Source: Chiloscyllium plagiosum
Lineage: Eukaryota
Assembly: GCF_004010195.1 (NCBI RefSeq)
Contig: NC_057754.1
Location: forward strand, 1,588,823 to 1,652,822
DNA length: 64,000 bases
Direction: 5' to 3'
Part shown: positions 36,980 through 49,920 of the stretch, piece after piece
How positions within the stretch are numbered: the first letter of the stretch is position 1
Layout: the number at the start of each line of letters is the position of its first letter
Translations under genes and position numbers: made by a program
The notes under the pieces: generated by a model
Seen by the model: only the letters and a program-made list of their open reading frames with translations
What the model was told of the DNA's origin: nothing
Databases searched by the model: none

Positions 36980-37668
36980 TCCTTGAAAGTGGAGTCGCAG
37001 GTAGATAGGATAGTGAAGAAGGCGTTTGGTATGCTTTCCTTTATTGGTCAGGGTATTGAGTACAGGAGTTGGGAGGTCATGTTGTGGCTGTACAGGACAT
37101 TGGTTAGGCCACTGTTGGAATATTGCGTGCAATTCTGGTCTCCTTCTTATCGGAAAGATGTTGTGAAACTTGAAAGGGTTCAGAAAAGATTTACAAAGAT
37201 GTTGCCAGGGTTGGAGGATCTGAGCTACAGGGAGAGGGTGAACAGGCTGGGGCTGTTTTCCCTGGAGCTTCGGAAGCTGAGGGGTGACCTTATAGAGGTT
37301 TACAAAATTGATAGGATAAATAGACAAAGTATTTTCCCTGGGGTGGGGGAGTCCAGAACCAGAGGGCATAGGTTTAGGGTGAGAGCGGAAAGATATAAAA
37401 GCGACATAAGGGGCAACTTTTTCACGCAGAGGATGGTACGTGTATGGAATGAGCTGCCAGAGGATGTGGTGGAGGCTGGTACAATTGCAACATTTAAGAG
37501 GCATTTGGATGGGTATATGAATAGGAAGGGTTTGGAGGGATATGGGCTGGGTTCTGGCAGGTGGGACTAGATTGGGTTGGGATATCTGGTCTGCATGGAT
37601 GAGTTGGACCGTAGGGTCTGTTTCCATGCTATGACTCTATCTCTACATCTCTATGACTCTATGTCTCT
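36980..37668 (+). mobile_element. Relatively young 5'-truncated CR1 (ORF2 C-terminus open)
   Basis: ORF 36851-37570: SLKVESQVDRIVKKAFGML..LEYCVQFWSPSYRKDVVKLERVQKRFT..NFFTQRMVRVWNELP; (ctatgact)-type tail. Confidence 0.95.
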
Positions 37669-37669
37669 A

Positions 37670-37800
37670 AGGTAAAAACAATGACTGCAGATGCTGGAAA
37701 CCAGATTCTGGATTAGTGGTGCTGGAAGAGCACAGCAGTTCAGGCAGCATCCAAGGAGCTTCGAAATCGACGTTTCGGGCAAAAGCCCTTCATTAGGAAT
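37670..37800 (-). mobile_element. Penelope family A terminal fragment
   Basis: Minus attcctaatgaagggcttttgcccgaaacgtcga. Confidence 0.85.
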
Positions 37801-37975
37801 TTAAGTCTTGAATGGTGATATGAAAGTCACCGTTCTGATTTCACCCCAGGCTCCTACAACCCACTCACACAGGATTGCTAGCATTAGATCACATATGCTA
37901 CCTTCTTTGGTGAATGTCTTTCTCCCCTGTTGTTCCAGTTATTTCACTTCTCTTTCCTGTTATCCTTGAAGGACA

Positions 37976-38063
37976 GCTACATGCTGAAGAAGCAGTGCTC
38001 CAAAAGCTAGTACTTCCAAAGAAACCTGTTGGACCCTAGCCTGGTGTTGTGTGATTTTTAACT
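37976..38063 (+). mobile_element. Penelope family B fragment
   Basis: gcagtgctccaaaagctagt...gtgatttttaact; ttgaaggaca duplicated on both sides. Confidence 0.8.
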
Positions 38064-38864
38064 TTGAAGGACATGTTTAGAGAGATATTCATGGTTGAAC
38101 AAGGCTGATTAGACTACCAGGAATCACTTCAATATCGCTGTTTTGTAATCTAGCTTCAGGAACTGATATGATCTGAGCATGTTTCGTATGGAAAAATACT
38201 TATTAAATAATTTATTAATACTTATTATTTGATATTTCAGGCTGGAAACCAGAAACTTTCCTAAGTCATATTTTCAAGCCCCCTTGATCCATCCATCATT
38301 TGTTGTAAACGAGGAATACTACTCCTTTTGGGAACTGCTGTTTGGGATGTTTTTGTCTTCAATATCACCACTGATTTAAGCAATGCCAGGTTGGACAATT
38401 CTGATATTTTCATTGATGTATTTTGAAAAGTTGTTTTCCCCTGTAGTCACATGCTAGGCTTTCCTCTATTTGCATAGTTATTCTTAGATATCTCCCTAAG
38501 TTGTGTAGCAAGCTACCTATAATCTCTGTGTCTTCCTTGGTATCTTCAATTCTTTAACTGCTGCACAGTATCAGATCTGCAGTCTCAAGACTTTAAATCT
38601 GATCTGGGCTGTATAACTACCGTTCCCTCTTGATGCCATTTTGTCACATGGCTACAAACAAAGATATAATTAAAGTTCGCACTTGTTGTACCAGCACAAA
38701 ATTCGAGAAAAATAACTCAGTCCTGTAGTGGGACAGGTAGGAACTCAGCACATGCCGGTGAGGTGGTAACCTTGACAGCCATGAGAAGCTGAACAGATGC
38801 TTTCAATAATGTGCCATTCCATGCTTCTGCAACACAAGTTTGACTTCAACAGTCAGTTAGTGAC

Positions 38865-39330
38865 AGAACATAGAAGATTACAGCGCTGTACAGGCCCTTT
38901 GGCCCTCGATGTTGCTGAAGCCCATCTAACCTACACTATTCCATTCTCGTCCATATGCCTATCCAATGACCATTTAAATGCCTTTAATCTTGGTGAGTCT
39001 CCTACTGTTGCAGACAGTGCATTCCTTGCCCCTACTACTCTGAGTAAAGAAACTGCCCCTGACATCTGTCGTATAATCTATCACTGCTCAATTTAGTGCT
39101 ATGTCCCCTTGTGCTAGCCATCGCCATCCGAGGACCAAGGCTCTCACTGTCCACCCATCTAACCCTCTGATTATCTTATATGTCTCAATTAATTCACCTC
39201 TCAGCCTTCTCTCTAACGAAAACGGCCTCAAGTCCTTCAGCCTTTCCTCGTAAGACCTTCCCTCAATACCAGGCAACATCCCAGTAAATGTCCTCTGTGC
39301 TTTTTCCAAAGCTGCCTCATCCTTCCTATA
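38865..39330 (-). mobile_element. CR1 3' fragment
   Basis: Minus ORF: YYRKDEAALEKAQRTFTGMLPG..YEERL..SLERRLRGELIETYKI. Confidence 0.9.
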
Positions 39331-39775
39331 ATAAATAGAAAGCATTTGGATTTTTGGCAGAAAGCTAGGACTCAATTTATATGCAAGGTGTATGAAAATT
39401 TAGAAATTTTGGGTGAACCGTGAGGAGTTGAATTCTGCAAAAGGTCGACAATTATCATTCCTTTATCACCTTTTGCTGGTGCTGTTTGTGGCAACTCCTA
39501 CCAGGAGATCTACTATCAGGGTACACCAGAGTTTTCTGTCTTGCAACATCCTCACATATTCACCAATTTATCTGAAAACACTTTGCAACGTCCATCGTCG
39601 AAATATACCTGTGTCAACCCATCTTTCTGCTGCCATCCACTTTGACCTGTGGAAGATATTTCGGTATCTTTTGAATTCTTTTACCAAGTCCAAAATTGAA
39701 CAGGGGGAATCATACATGAAACAAATGAAAAGATCAGAATGTGAATTTTGCAGATGAATATTCATTGAAGATCTT

Positions 39776-40368
39776 ATAGAGACATCAACTCATAGAGCAC
39801 GGAGACAGGCCCTTTGACCCAAACTGGTCCATGTTGGTCAAAACATTTGTCCACACTAACCCCATTTCCCTGAACTTGACCCATATAGAGACATCAACTC
39901 ATAGAGCACGGAGACAGGCCCTTTGACCCAAACTGGTCCATGTTGGTCAAAACATTTGTCCACACTCCCATTTCCCTGAACTTGACCCATATCCTTCTAA
40001 TCCTTTTCTGTCCATGCATTTGTCCAAATGCCTTTTAAATGTTGTACTTCCACTGGCAGCTCATTCCATATGTGTACTACTCTCTGCGTAAAAAGGTTGC
40101 CCCTCAGGTTCCCTTTAATTATTTCACGTCTAACCTTAAACTGGTGGCCTCTCGTCCTCGATTCCCCAACCCTAGGAAAAAGACTAAGTGCATTCACCCC
40201 ATCCATGCCTCTAACCATCTTATACACCTTTATAAGGTTCCCCCTCTGTCTCCTACACTATGAAGAAAAATGACCAAGCTTGTCCACCTCTCCCTATAAC
40301 TCAGACTGTTTATTCCAGGCAACATCCTCGTAAATTTCTTCTGCACTTTTTCCAGTTTAATAACACCC
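39776..40368 (-). mobile_element. CR1 3' fragment with tandemly duplicated tail
   Basis: Minus ORF YKMVRGMDGVN..LFPRVGESRTRGH..FTQRVVHIWNELP; ~109-bp duplication at 39776-39990. Confidence 0.9.
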
Positions 40369-40559
40369 TTAATTACTAATACAGTACTGCAGGTTTATTT
40401 TGACCCCAGTCTGCATCCTGCCTTTTTTTTCTTGGTCTTTGCAATTTGTACCCGCAATTTCAATTTTGTCAGAGGGATAACATGGTGAGTCAACAAGCTC
40501 TACAATGTCTTCTACTTGAAACAATCCTATATTTTGATACCTTTGGCATTTTACAGAAG

Positions 40560-41530
40560 CATTAACCAAAGAAAATTTTGTGGAGAAAGCTGATAGCTTT
40601 TTAAAGAAAATGGATGTTGATGGCTTTGGCTCTAACAATATCGGGTTTTTGTGGTTGGAATTGTGACATAACCTTGTGTCGCTTAATAGTGTCGGTTCAT
40701 CTGCTGGCACTTCAAATCTGAACACTTGTGTGTTTAGGAACTTATTCAAGGATATAATCGCATAGGTAGTTTTAATACAAGCAAAACTGCCCTTTCCTAC
40801 AAATGCACACCAGATGAAACTTAACATGCTAAGGACAAAACTGCAGTTGGTGGCAAGCAACCAAAGATCGGGTGTCACTTCTTGTTTCTCCATGCTTGTC
40901 CAGAATCAAAAAAGCATGAACCATGATAAAAGCATGGCTTATTATTTATCAGCATGTTCAAATGCCCAAGGTGCTTAAATCATGTCAACTACTCGCCAGT
41001 CAGCTATGAAGCAAACCAAAAGTCCTGGGTGAAATCAACGATTTTTACTGCATGGTTTCAACAACTTGATCACAAGAAAAGCATGATCCTGTTACTCATG
41101 GATAATTTCTCAATGTATCCTAAGGACTAAAAGCCATATGATTTTTTTTTCTTCCACATAATTCAACTTCAGTTACTGAGCCAATGAACCATAGTATAAT
41201 GTACGATGCTTTTCCATAAGATAAATTACATGCTTGGAATTTGGTGGAAACTTCAATGTTGTGTTGCTTCAAGCGCCCAAAAGAAATATCGTAAAACTGG
41301 AAACAATCCAGAATTGCTTCATATTTGCAATTTTGTTTAAACTAATGATACACACTTCTCAAACTAAGGATTAGAAAAAGAAACATTTTTGACTGCTGCA
41401 GTTTCTGCTGATGATAATGCAATTACAAAAACAGCAATTCCTGAGGAGGCAGCTGAAGAAGGTGAGATGCAGGCAGAAGAAGAAAGTTCACATGTTACCA
41501 GTGTTGAAGTCTTTACTAAGTTAGATTCAT
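40560..41530 (+). pseudogene. Fossil Tigger/pogo (DDE_1, CENP-B-like) transposase
   Basis: Ordered motifs across frameshifts: FNTSKTALSYKCTP, GGK..KDRVSLL, PRCL..PVSYEANQKSWV..IFTAWF, ILLLMDN, FLPHNSTSVTEPMN, TIQNCF, acidic C-terminal tail. Confidence 0.85.
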
Positions 41531-41694
41531 TGCTATTTAGATTAGATTATTTTTAATCGGCTGCCAGAACCGGCTTGCTGTATTCTTCCAGTCTCCTGCC
41601 TATCTACTTTTGATTCCAGCATCTGCAGTGTTCATGTCTCAAAATAAAATGAAGAAACATTTGAATTAATGGGTCAGTTTTCCAGACTTGCAGC

Positions 41695-41987
41695 GTAGGC
41701 ATCTGCTTATTGACTATAGTTCCACCGTCAACACCATAATTTCAAACAAATCCGAGACCGAGGTGTCAGCTCCCCCTTCTGTAACTGGATCCTCGATTTT
41801 CTGACCTAGAGACTGCAATCAGTAAGAATAGGTGACAACACCTCCTCCATCATAATCCTGAACATCGGTGTGCCGCAAGGCTGCGTTCTGTTATCCTATG
41901 CACTTTGTATAGAATGATCTGTCTGTACTGCATGCAAAACAAACCTTTCACTGTACCTAGGCATGTGACAATAATAAATCAAATCAA
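41695..41987 (+). mobile_element. Internally deleted Rex1/Babar copy with 3' tail
   Basis: LLIDYSSTVNTII and CNWILDFLT..QSVRIG segments joined to tail ctttcactgtacctaggcatgtgacaataataaatcaaatcaa. Confidence 0.8.
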
Positions 41988-42069
41988 GAAGGAATAATCA
42001 TCAGAAATTAAGTAACTGTTATTGAACTCTATTTTTAAAGCTTACAGGTGGTTCTTTGTGTTTTACTCA

Positions 42070-43110
42070 TTAGCTCAGTTGGCTGCTTTGCAATGCATCA
42101 CCATCAGTGGTCCCTCACAGATGAGGATGTTTCTGTTCCACACTCAGGGTGAGTCTGTAGGTGGCTGTGTAGACAGGTGCAGCTACTGCTGACTCCTTCA
42201 TACTAGGGGCAAGTGGTGGTCACAGGAAGGAGTGGGTGGGTGTGGATGTGGCAGCGCACTTCTTTTGCTGTTTTCGCATGGTTTCCATTTTTTTTCCTGA
42301 TGGCAAGTCTTGAGATGCTTGACGCCTTCCAGGATGGATGCTCCACTTTGGATGGTCTTGGGTCAGTTATTCCCAGATGTCTGTGGGAATGCTGCACTTC
42401 ATCAGTGAGGCCTTGAGGGTATCTTTGAACCATTTCCTCTGTCCACTTGGGGCTCACCTGCCGTTTCGGAGCTGGGAGTAGAGCACCTGCTTGGAGAGTC
42501 TCATATCGGTCATGTGGACATTGTGCCCAGCCCATCACAGCCAATCATGAGGGGTCAGTGCCTTGATGCGAGGGACCTGGTGTTGGTGCATCTTTCTTCC
42601 CAGCGGATTGGCAGGATCTTGTGCAGGCAGTATTGGTACTGCTCCAGTGCCTTGAGGTGTCTGCTGTGATCAGTCCATGTCTCAGAACCATAAAGGAGGG
42701 CAGTAATCACCACAGTTTTGCATATCATGAGCTTGGTGTCGGATCTGATGTTGTTGTTCTCGAAGATCCTTTATCTCAGGTGGCCGAAGGCTGTGCTAGC
42801 ACACTGAAGGCGATGCTGGATCTCTTCTTCAGTAGCTACTTTGGTCGACAGGACACTGCCAAAGTACTGAAAATGGTCAGTGTTCTCTAATGCCTCACTG
42901 TTGACCTTGATGACTGGGAGTTTGCAATGCAGAATAATGCCAACAGTGTGAGTTCAATTTTTGCATTGGCTGAGTTACCATGAAGGACTCTCCTTCTCAA
43001 CCTTTTTTTCTTGCATGTGGTGTGATAACCCTCAACTTAAACCACAACCAGTCGTCACTCTCTGAGAGAGCAGCCCTGTGCTCCAGTTGGACCATGGTGA
43101 TTTTACCTTT
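42070..43110 (+). mobile_element. tRNA-derived SINE split by an RTE LINE
   Basis: Head tagctcagttgg at 42071 resumes after 42931 (gagttcaatt...ccatgaaggactctccttctcaacc...tttaccttt). Confidence 0.75.
42098..42920 (-). mobile_element. RTE-clade LINE 3' fragment
   Basis: Minus GHNVHMTDMRLSKQVLYSQLRNGR*APSGQRKWFKDTLKASL, typical of RTE/BovB C-termini. TSD tttgcaatgca at 42087-42097 and 42921-42931. Confidence 0.85.
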
Positions 43111-44019
43111 CTATAGCTTGTACAGACATTCTGGCTTTAAAATCTTTGCTGATAGAAGGGTGGTTGATTATGGGCTGTTCTCCAAATAAAAATAAGTATT
43201 AGAATTTTACCATTCTTAATTAAAGTTTTACTTAAAAATAAAACTATGTGCATAAAACATGTGGTCCACCATCATCTTGGAACAGCAATGTTGACAAACT
43301 TTACATAGGTTTAGAAGTGTCAACATGAACAAGTAATCCTGATAATCCAGTAGTTGAATCACAGGAAAACATTGGATCAACAGACAGTTGTTTTCAAATG
43401 ATAAACGTTAATGAGTAGGTGATATTCTCTTTTTTCTTAACAAACTGTTTAATGTGATCAGGTGATATTTCAGTTGCTGATTGCGTTTGTAAGTTTGGGT
43501 GAGTTGTTCAGGGGAGACTTTATCACTATAAAATTCTCAGTATTGTACCTAAAATAGAGTCAGAAGGTGAAAGGTTCAAGTCTCATTACATATAATTTAG
43601 GCTGGATCCGCAGTAAGTACTGGATGAGTGCTGATTTGCTGCAGGTCGTTTGATTCAAATGAGACATTAAATTGAGGCCAAATCATCTACTATTAAAAAG
43701 TAGATATGGTGTTGTTTGAAAAATAGCAGGATGAGATGTCCTGATCAATATTCATCCATTAATCAACACTATTAAAATGGATTAGTTAGTCTTTGTTGTT
43801 TGTTTTTTCAGTGCCTGTGAAGCACTTTGGAATTTCCCACTGATGAGATTATGAATAGAAATTCATTTTCTTTAACAAATTCAAGGCTGTTGTTGCAATC
43901 ATGTGAAGTATAGAAATAACATAAAAGTTAACTACCACTGACTAACTAATTCACTTTGAGAAATTTGCAGATACTTTCTTAAGAAACTATTGGTAGGAAC
44001 GTGAACATCCAGTACAAAC

Positions 44020-45445
44020 TGAGGAAGTGACTATGAGGATTGATGAGGGTAGTGCAATGGATGTTGTCAACATGGATTTTTGTAAAGTATTTGACGTGGT
44101 CCCATATGGCTGACCGATCAAAGAAGTAAAAGCCGATAGAATACAGGTTAATGTGTTAGAAAGAATCCAAAATTGCTTTTGTAACAGGAACTAGGAGAGA
44201 CTGAGGACTGCAGATGCTATCTGCAGTTGCTGAATGCAGCGATCTGCATTTTCCAGATGCTGGAGAATCAGAGTTGATGTTTCATGAGCAAGGGAGTTGA
44301 TGTATCAGGCATAAACCTTCTTCAGGACTAAAGAAGGGTTATGCCCAAAACATCGACTCCTTTGCTCCTCAGATACTGCCTGACCTGTAGTGCCCTTTCC
44401 AGCGCCATGCTTTATCAACTCTTTAGTAACAGGAAACAAATGGTAATGGTCAATTGCTGCCTTTCAAATGGAAAGCTTTTTCAGGTGGTGTTCTGCAGGG
44501 CTTGGTGTTGGTACCATTGCTGTTTGTTTTATACATTAACAATTTGGACTCAAACATGGAGGGCACAATTGGGAAATTTGCAGACGACACAAAAACTGGC
44601 CGTATAGTAGATCGTGTCGAGTATGGCTGTAAGCTCCAAAATGATATAGATGGGTTGGTGGAGTGGCTATGAAAGTGGCAGATGGAATTCAATTCTGATA
44701 AGTGTGAAGTAATGCATTAGGGAAGTGAAATAATAAAAAGGAATTTTCAGTAAATGGGAATATACTGAGGAGAGTAGATGAAGTGAGAGATCTTGGCATG
44801 CAAGTGCACAGGTCCCTAAAATTAGCATGACGGGCAGATAAAGTTGTAAAGAAGTCATATGGAATGCCCCTCTTCATTGACAGAGGTATAGAATACAGAA
44901 GTAGGGATATAATGATGAAACTGTATAAGACACTGGTGAGACCACAATGGGAGTATTGTGTGCAGTTCTGGTCACACTTTAATGAAAGATGAATTTGCTC
45001 TGGAGAGTGTGTAAAAAGGATTGACTAGAATGTTGTCAGGGTTGGAGAATTGTAGCTCAGAGGAGCGATTGGGGTTGCTTTCTTTGGAACAGAGAGGGCT
45101 GAGGGGTGACATGATTGAGGTATTCAAAATTGTGAGGGGTAGAAATAGAGTAGACAGGAGGGACCTGTTTCTCTTGGCAGAAATTTCAAAAACCAGGGGT
45201 CATAGATTCAAACTGAGTGACAGAAAGATTAGAGGAGACATGAAGAAAACCTTTTTACACAAATGGAGGAATTTACTGCCTCCATTTGTGTTGGAGTCAG
45301 AGTCCCTCAATTCTTTTAAAGCGAGCCTGTAGGCTGTAGGGCTATGGACTGTGTGCAGGAAGCTGGGATTAAGTAGGGCATCTGGGTGTCTTTGGCATGG
45401 ACAAGATGGACTGAATGATCCCTTTCTGTGCTGTATCATTTCTAT
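44020..45445 (+). mobile_element. CR1 RT and 3' end, decayed, with nested fold-back PLE family A insertion (~44190-44422)
   Basis: GVLQGLVLVPLLFVLYINNLD..KFADDTK. Nested PLE is flanked by gtaacaggaa repeats. Confidence 0.9.
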
Positions 45446-46779
45446 TGTTATTTACTCTTTCCTTTCTTCCCCTACTGTTTGCTTACTTTTTAAAAATAGC
45501 TCACGTTATATTTTTGAGTTTGACTCTGGATGTGCACCCAGAGGTTGAGACAGCAATTTCAAACGACCACTCCGTAATGGGGTGTGCATTTTGGAGTTAT
45601 GGAATAAAGGGTCAACAATATTGCTATTCTGCAAATAATGAATAAGTGTGGTACGTAAAGAGTGATTGTCTTCTCTTACCATCCTTTATATGTAGAGATG
45701 ATTTGTAAAGCCTATTAATTTTTTTATTAATACATTAGTTTCACCCCTATTTGCAACCCCAACTTGCCTCTGTCTCCAAGGAATGACCATTGCTAATGGT
45801 AGATCATAAGTGATTGACAGAGAGTATTTTTCAGTACCTTTGAAGAATTGTATCCCCCACATCAGCTGAAACACACTAGAGAGTCTGAATCGGTAAATTC
45901 TGCAATTATTGTGAAGACATCTGTTATTTTGAATATGCCTACTGTTAGCATTTCACTTTCAATTTACTGATCCAAGGCTCTGCTCTGCATTTTTTCTACA
46001 TTAATGTGACTGCTTTATCTCTTCACCATGTTAATTCAGCATAATTTATACATAATAAATAGGGCCAAGTGAGTGCTGATTTAAGCTCTAAACCTGCTTA
46101 AGGGTAACAGTGACATGTTGACAGAACATTTGTCAAGGACATTAATGTGGCTGCTGGAATGCAAGCCATTGCTAATAAAAACATCAGAGCAAATATGTTG
46201 GAATTTTGCTTTCTCTTTCCCATTGCTATCCTTTGATACCATCTTCCCCTCTGTTCCTGACATCATGCTGACTTGAGCAACATTCTGTGCTTGCAGATTT
46301 CTGGATTCCTCTCAGTGGTATTACCTGATCATGTATAGGAAGTACATATCATTATGGTGTAACTTTGTTATCCAGCTTTCTCTCCAACATTGAGCTACCT
46401 CTGGACACTTGAGATTGACATCTTGACTAAGATCACAAACCCACTGATTGGAAAATCACAAGCATGTATTGGGCTGCTATAATCTGTGAATATTATTAGT
46501 ATATCAGTTGTGATTCTGTGGCACGAAAATGGTTAATTCAAGAGTACATCATAACAAAACAGTTGCTCCCAGTTTAAAACATTCATGGATATATATTTTC
46601 ATCTTCCAAACCCAATTCATTAGTTATGGGAGCATCCATAATTAGCATTATTCTTGCAGTTATTAATTTTTATATTGTCTTCAAGAATGATCACAATTAG
46701 TCAAAGTATTACAGTTCATTTGATTTAATAGAAAGTGAACAAAATGCAGGTAGACTAGAAGGAAAGTTTCCAGGATTGT

Positions 46780-47155
46780 GTAAAGATTTGTAGCTCGGGT
46801 CCCAGTTGCAGTTGCTGTGGTATGTTCGCCGAGCTGGGAATTTGGTTTGCAGACATTTTGTCCCCCTTCTAGTTGACCTCCTCAGTGTCATGGAGCCTCC
46901 AGTGAAGCACTGCTATACTGTTTCAGTTGGAATTTCTTTGGTTTTGTTCCTGCTGCTTCGGTTGCCAGTTGCAGTTGTTTGTTGCAGTGATCGGTATATT
47001 AGCTCTAGGTCAATGTGTTAATTGATGGAGTCCGTGGATGAGTACCAAGCTTCTAGGATCTGGCTGTCTTCTGTTTGGCCTGTCCTATTATTGTTGTGTT
47101 GTCCCAGTTGAATTTGTGGTCCTTGTCATCTGTGTGCAGAGATACTAAGGACAGC
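46780..47155 (-). mobile_element. Penelope family C fragment
   Basis: Minus LEAWYSSTDSIN*HIDLELIYR (PLE ORF end) and decayed hammerhead ctgaggaggtcaactagaagggggacaaaatgtc. Confidence 0.75.
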
Positions 47156-47318
47156 TGTTTACGTTTCGAGCATAAGCTGTTCATATCCAAAGAACTTACG
47201 CTCGAAATGTTGATGTTCCTGCTCGTCGGATATGAAAAGCTTATCCTCGAAATGCCAACTCTCCTGCTCCTCAGATGCTGCCTGGCCTGCTATGCTTTTC
47301 CAGCACCACACTTTGTAC
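47156..47318. mobile_element. Tandem/inverted Penelope family A terminal pieces
   Basis: Three hammerhead 3' halves: acgtttcgagcataagc (minus), cttacgctcgaaatgtt, gcttatcctcgaaatgcc. Confidence 0.7.
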
Positions 47319-47319
47319 T

Positions 47320-49920
47320 ATAGCCCCCTTCCCCCAAAAAAGTCAGAGGGAATTTGAGGAACAAATATGTAGAGAGATCTCAGATATATGTAAGAATAAT
47401 AAGGTGGTAAGAATAGGTGGCTTTAATTTTCCAAACATTGACTGGGATTGCCTTAGTGTCAAAGGCTTAGAATAAGAGGAATTTGTTAAATGTGTTCACA
47501 AAAATTTTCTTTATCAATATCTAAATGCACTTACTAGAGAAGGAGCCTGGGAAATAAGGCAGGGCAAGTGACAGAAGTGTTAGTAGGGGAACACTTTAGG
47601 AAGAGTGATCATGATTCTATTAGTTTAAAATAGTTATGGAAAAGGATAAGCCTTCCATGAAAGTTAAAGTTCTTAATTGGAGTAAGGTAAATTTCAATAG
47701 CATGAGACAAGAATTTTCAAAGGTTGGTTGGAGTAGTCTGTTCGCAGGTTAAGAGATGACTGACAAATGGAAGGCTTTCAGAAGTGTGATAACGGGCGTT
47801 GAGAGGCATTATGTTCCTGTTTGAGTACAGGGTAGCTTGGTAAAAGTAGGGAACAATGGATGAATAAAGATATTGAGGTTCTAATCAAGAATAAGAAAAA
47901 AATCTTATTTTAGATATAGACAACTAGGATCAAATGAATCTCTTGAAGAGTACAAAGCATGTAAGGGCGTTCTTATGTGGGAAATCAGGAGGACGAAGAG
48001 GGGATATGAGATAACCTTGGCAGATAAGGTTAAGGATAACCCAAAGAGATTCTACAAGGTTAAAAATCGCACAACACCAGGTTATAGTCCAACAGGTTTA
48101 ATTGAAGATTCTGCAAGTGCATTAAGAGCAAAAAAGCAACTAGAGAGAGAAAACAGGGCCCCTTAAAGGTCAACGAAGTTATTTATGTGTTGAACTTCAG
48201 GAGATGGGAGACATACTAAATGAATACTTCATGTCAGTTTTTACTGTGGAGGAAGAAATGGAGGTTAGAGAGCTTGGGGAAATAAATATTGATATTTTGA
48301 AAACAGTTCACATTACAGGAGAAGTGCTGGAGGTCTTAAAAAACATAAAGGTGGATAAATCTCCAGAACCTGATCTAGTGTATCCGAGGACAATGTGGGA
48401 AGTTAGGGAAGAAATTGCAGGGCACCCAGCAGAAGTATTTAGATCATCTATAACCATGGGTGAGGTGCTGGAGGACTGGAGGCTGGCTAATGTTATACCT
48501 TTATTTAAGAAAGGCTGTAAGGAAAAGCCTGGGAACTGTAGACCTGTGAGCCATACATTGATGATGGGTAAGTTGTTGGAAATGATTTGAGAGATATGAT
48601 TTACATGCATTCGGAAAGGCAAGGACTGATCAGGGATAGGCAGCATGGTTTTGTACATGGGAAAACATGTGTCACAAACTTGTTTGAGTTTTTTGAGGAA
48701 GAAACCAAAACGATTGATGGGAGCAAAGCAGTAGACATTGCTTATGTGTACTTTAGTAAAACCTTTGACACGGTTCCACATGTTAGACTAATTAGTAAAG
48801 TAAGATCACATGGGATTCAGGGAGAGATTGCCAATTGGATACAAAACTGGCTTGGCAGTAGGAGACAGAGGTTGGTGGTGGAGGATTGTTTTTTGGACTG
48901 GAGGCCTGTGACTTGTGGTGTTCCACAGGAATTGGTACTGAGTCCATTTTTGTTTGTCATTTATATAAATGATTTGGATGACACCAAAATGATAGTGAAG
49001 AAGGCTATCTAAGATTATAAAGAAATCTTGATCAGCTGGACCAATGGACTGAGAAGTGGCAGATGCAGTTTAATTTGGATAAATGTGAGGTGATGCATTT
49101 TGGTGAAACAAACAAGAGCAGGACTTATACAATTAATGGTAGGGCCTTAGAGAACAAAGAAACTGAGGGGTTCAGGCACATAATTCTTGGAAATCTACAT
49201 CACAGGTAGACAGAGTGGTTAAGAAGGCATTTAGCAGGCTTGCCTTCATTGCTCAGAAGTCTGAATATAGAAATTGGGACATCATGTTGAGGTTGTACAG
49301 GATGCACTTCCGTTCGCCTGCTATAGGAATGATATCATGAAGCAACAGAGGGTTCAGGAAAAATTTGGAGAAAGTGAGGACTGCAGGTGCTGGATATCAG
49401 AGTTGAAAAGTGTGGCACTGGAGAAGCTCAGGCAGCATTCGAGGAGCAAGAGAGTCGATGATTTATCAGGCTGTTGCTGGGAATCGAGAGTTTGAGTTAT
49501 AAGGAGAGGCTGGGGATTTTTTTCACTGGAGCATATGTAGTTGAGGGGTGACCTTTTAGAAGTTTATAAAATTGAGGTGCATAGATAAGGTGAAGCGTCT
49601 TTTCCCTAGGGTGGGGGAGTTCAAAACTGGAGGGGAGGTGCATATTTTTAAGGTGAGAGGGTAAAGTTTTAAAAAGGACATACAGAGCGACGTTTTTTAC
49701 ACAAAGAGTGGTACGTATGTGGAATGAACTGCCAGAGGAAGTGGTGGGTGCAGGTGCAGATAAAACATTTAAAAGACATTTTAGATAAGTACATGAATAG
49801 GAAAGGTTTGGAGGGGTATGGGCAAAACGCAGGCAAGTGGGACTACTTAAGATTGGGAACATGGTTGGCATGGACTGGTTGGATCAATGGGTCAGTTTCC
49901 ATTCTGTTTGACTCTATTAC
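47320..49920 (+). mobile_element. Long CR1 ORF2 remnant (APE endonuclease end, RT, 3' UTR) with nested PLE fragments at ~48058-48104 and ~49365-49480
   Basis: GGFNFPNIDW, KSPEPDLVYPR, DWRLANVIPLFKKG, QHGFVHGKTCVTNL, GVPQELVLSPFLFVIYINDLD. Confidence 0.95.

Noticed and set aside
36851..37570. Longest ORF (239 aa) as a host gene
   Set aside because: It is the CR1 ORF2 C-terminus with a chance upstream extension; the 219-aa minus ORF is its antisense shadow.
40369..40893. 174-aa minus-strand ORF
   Set aside because: Antisense to the Tigger fossil; no recognisable motif.
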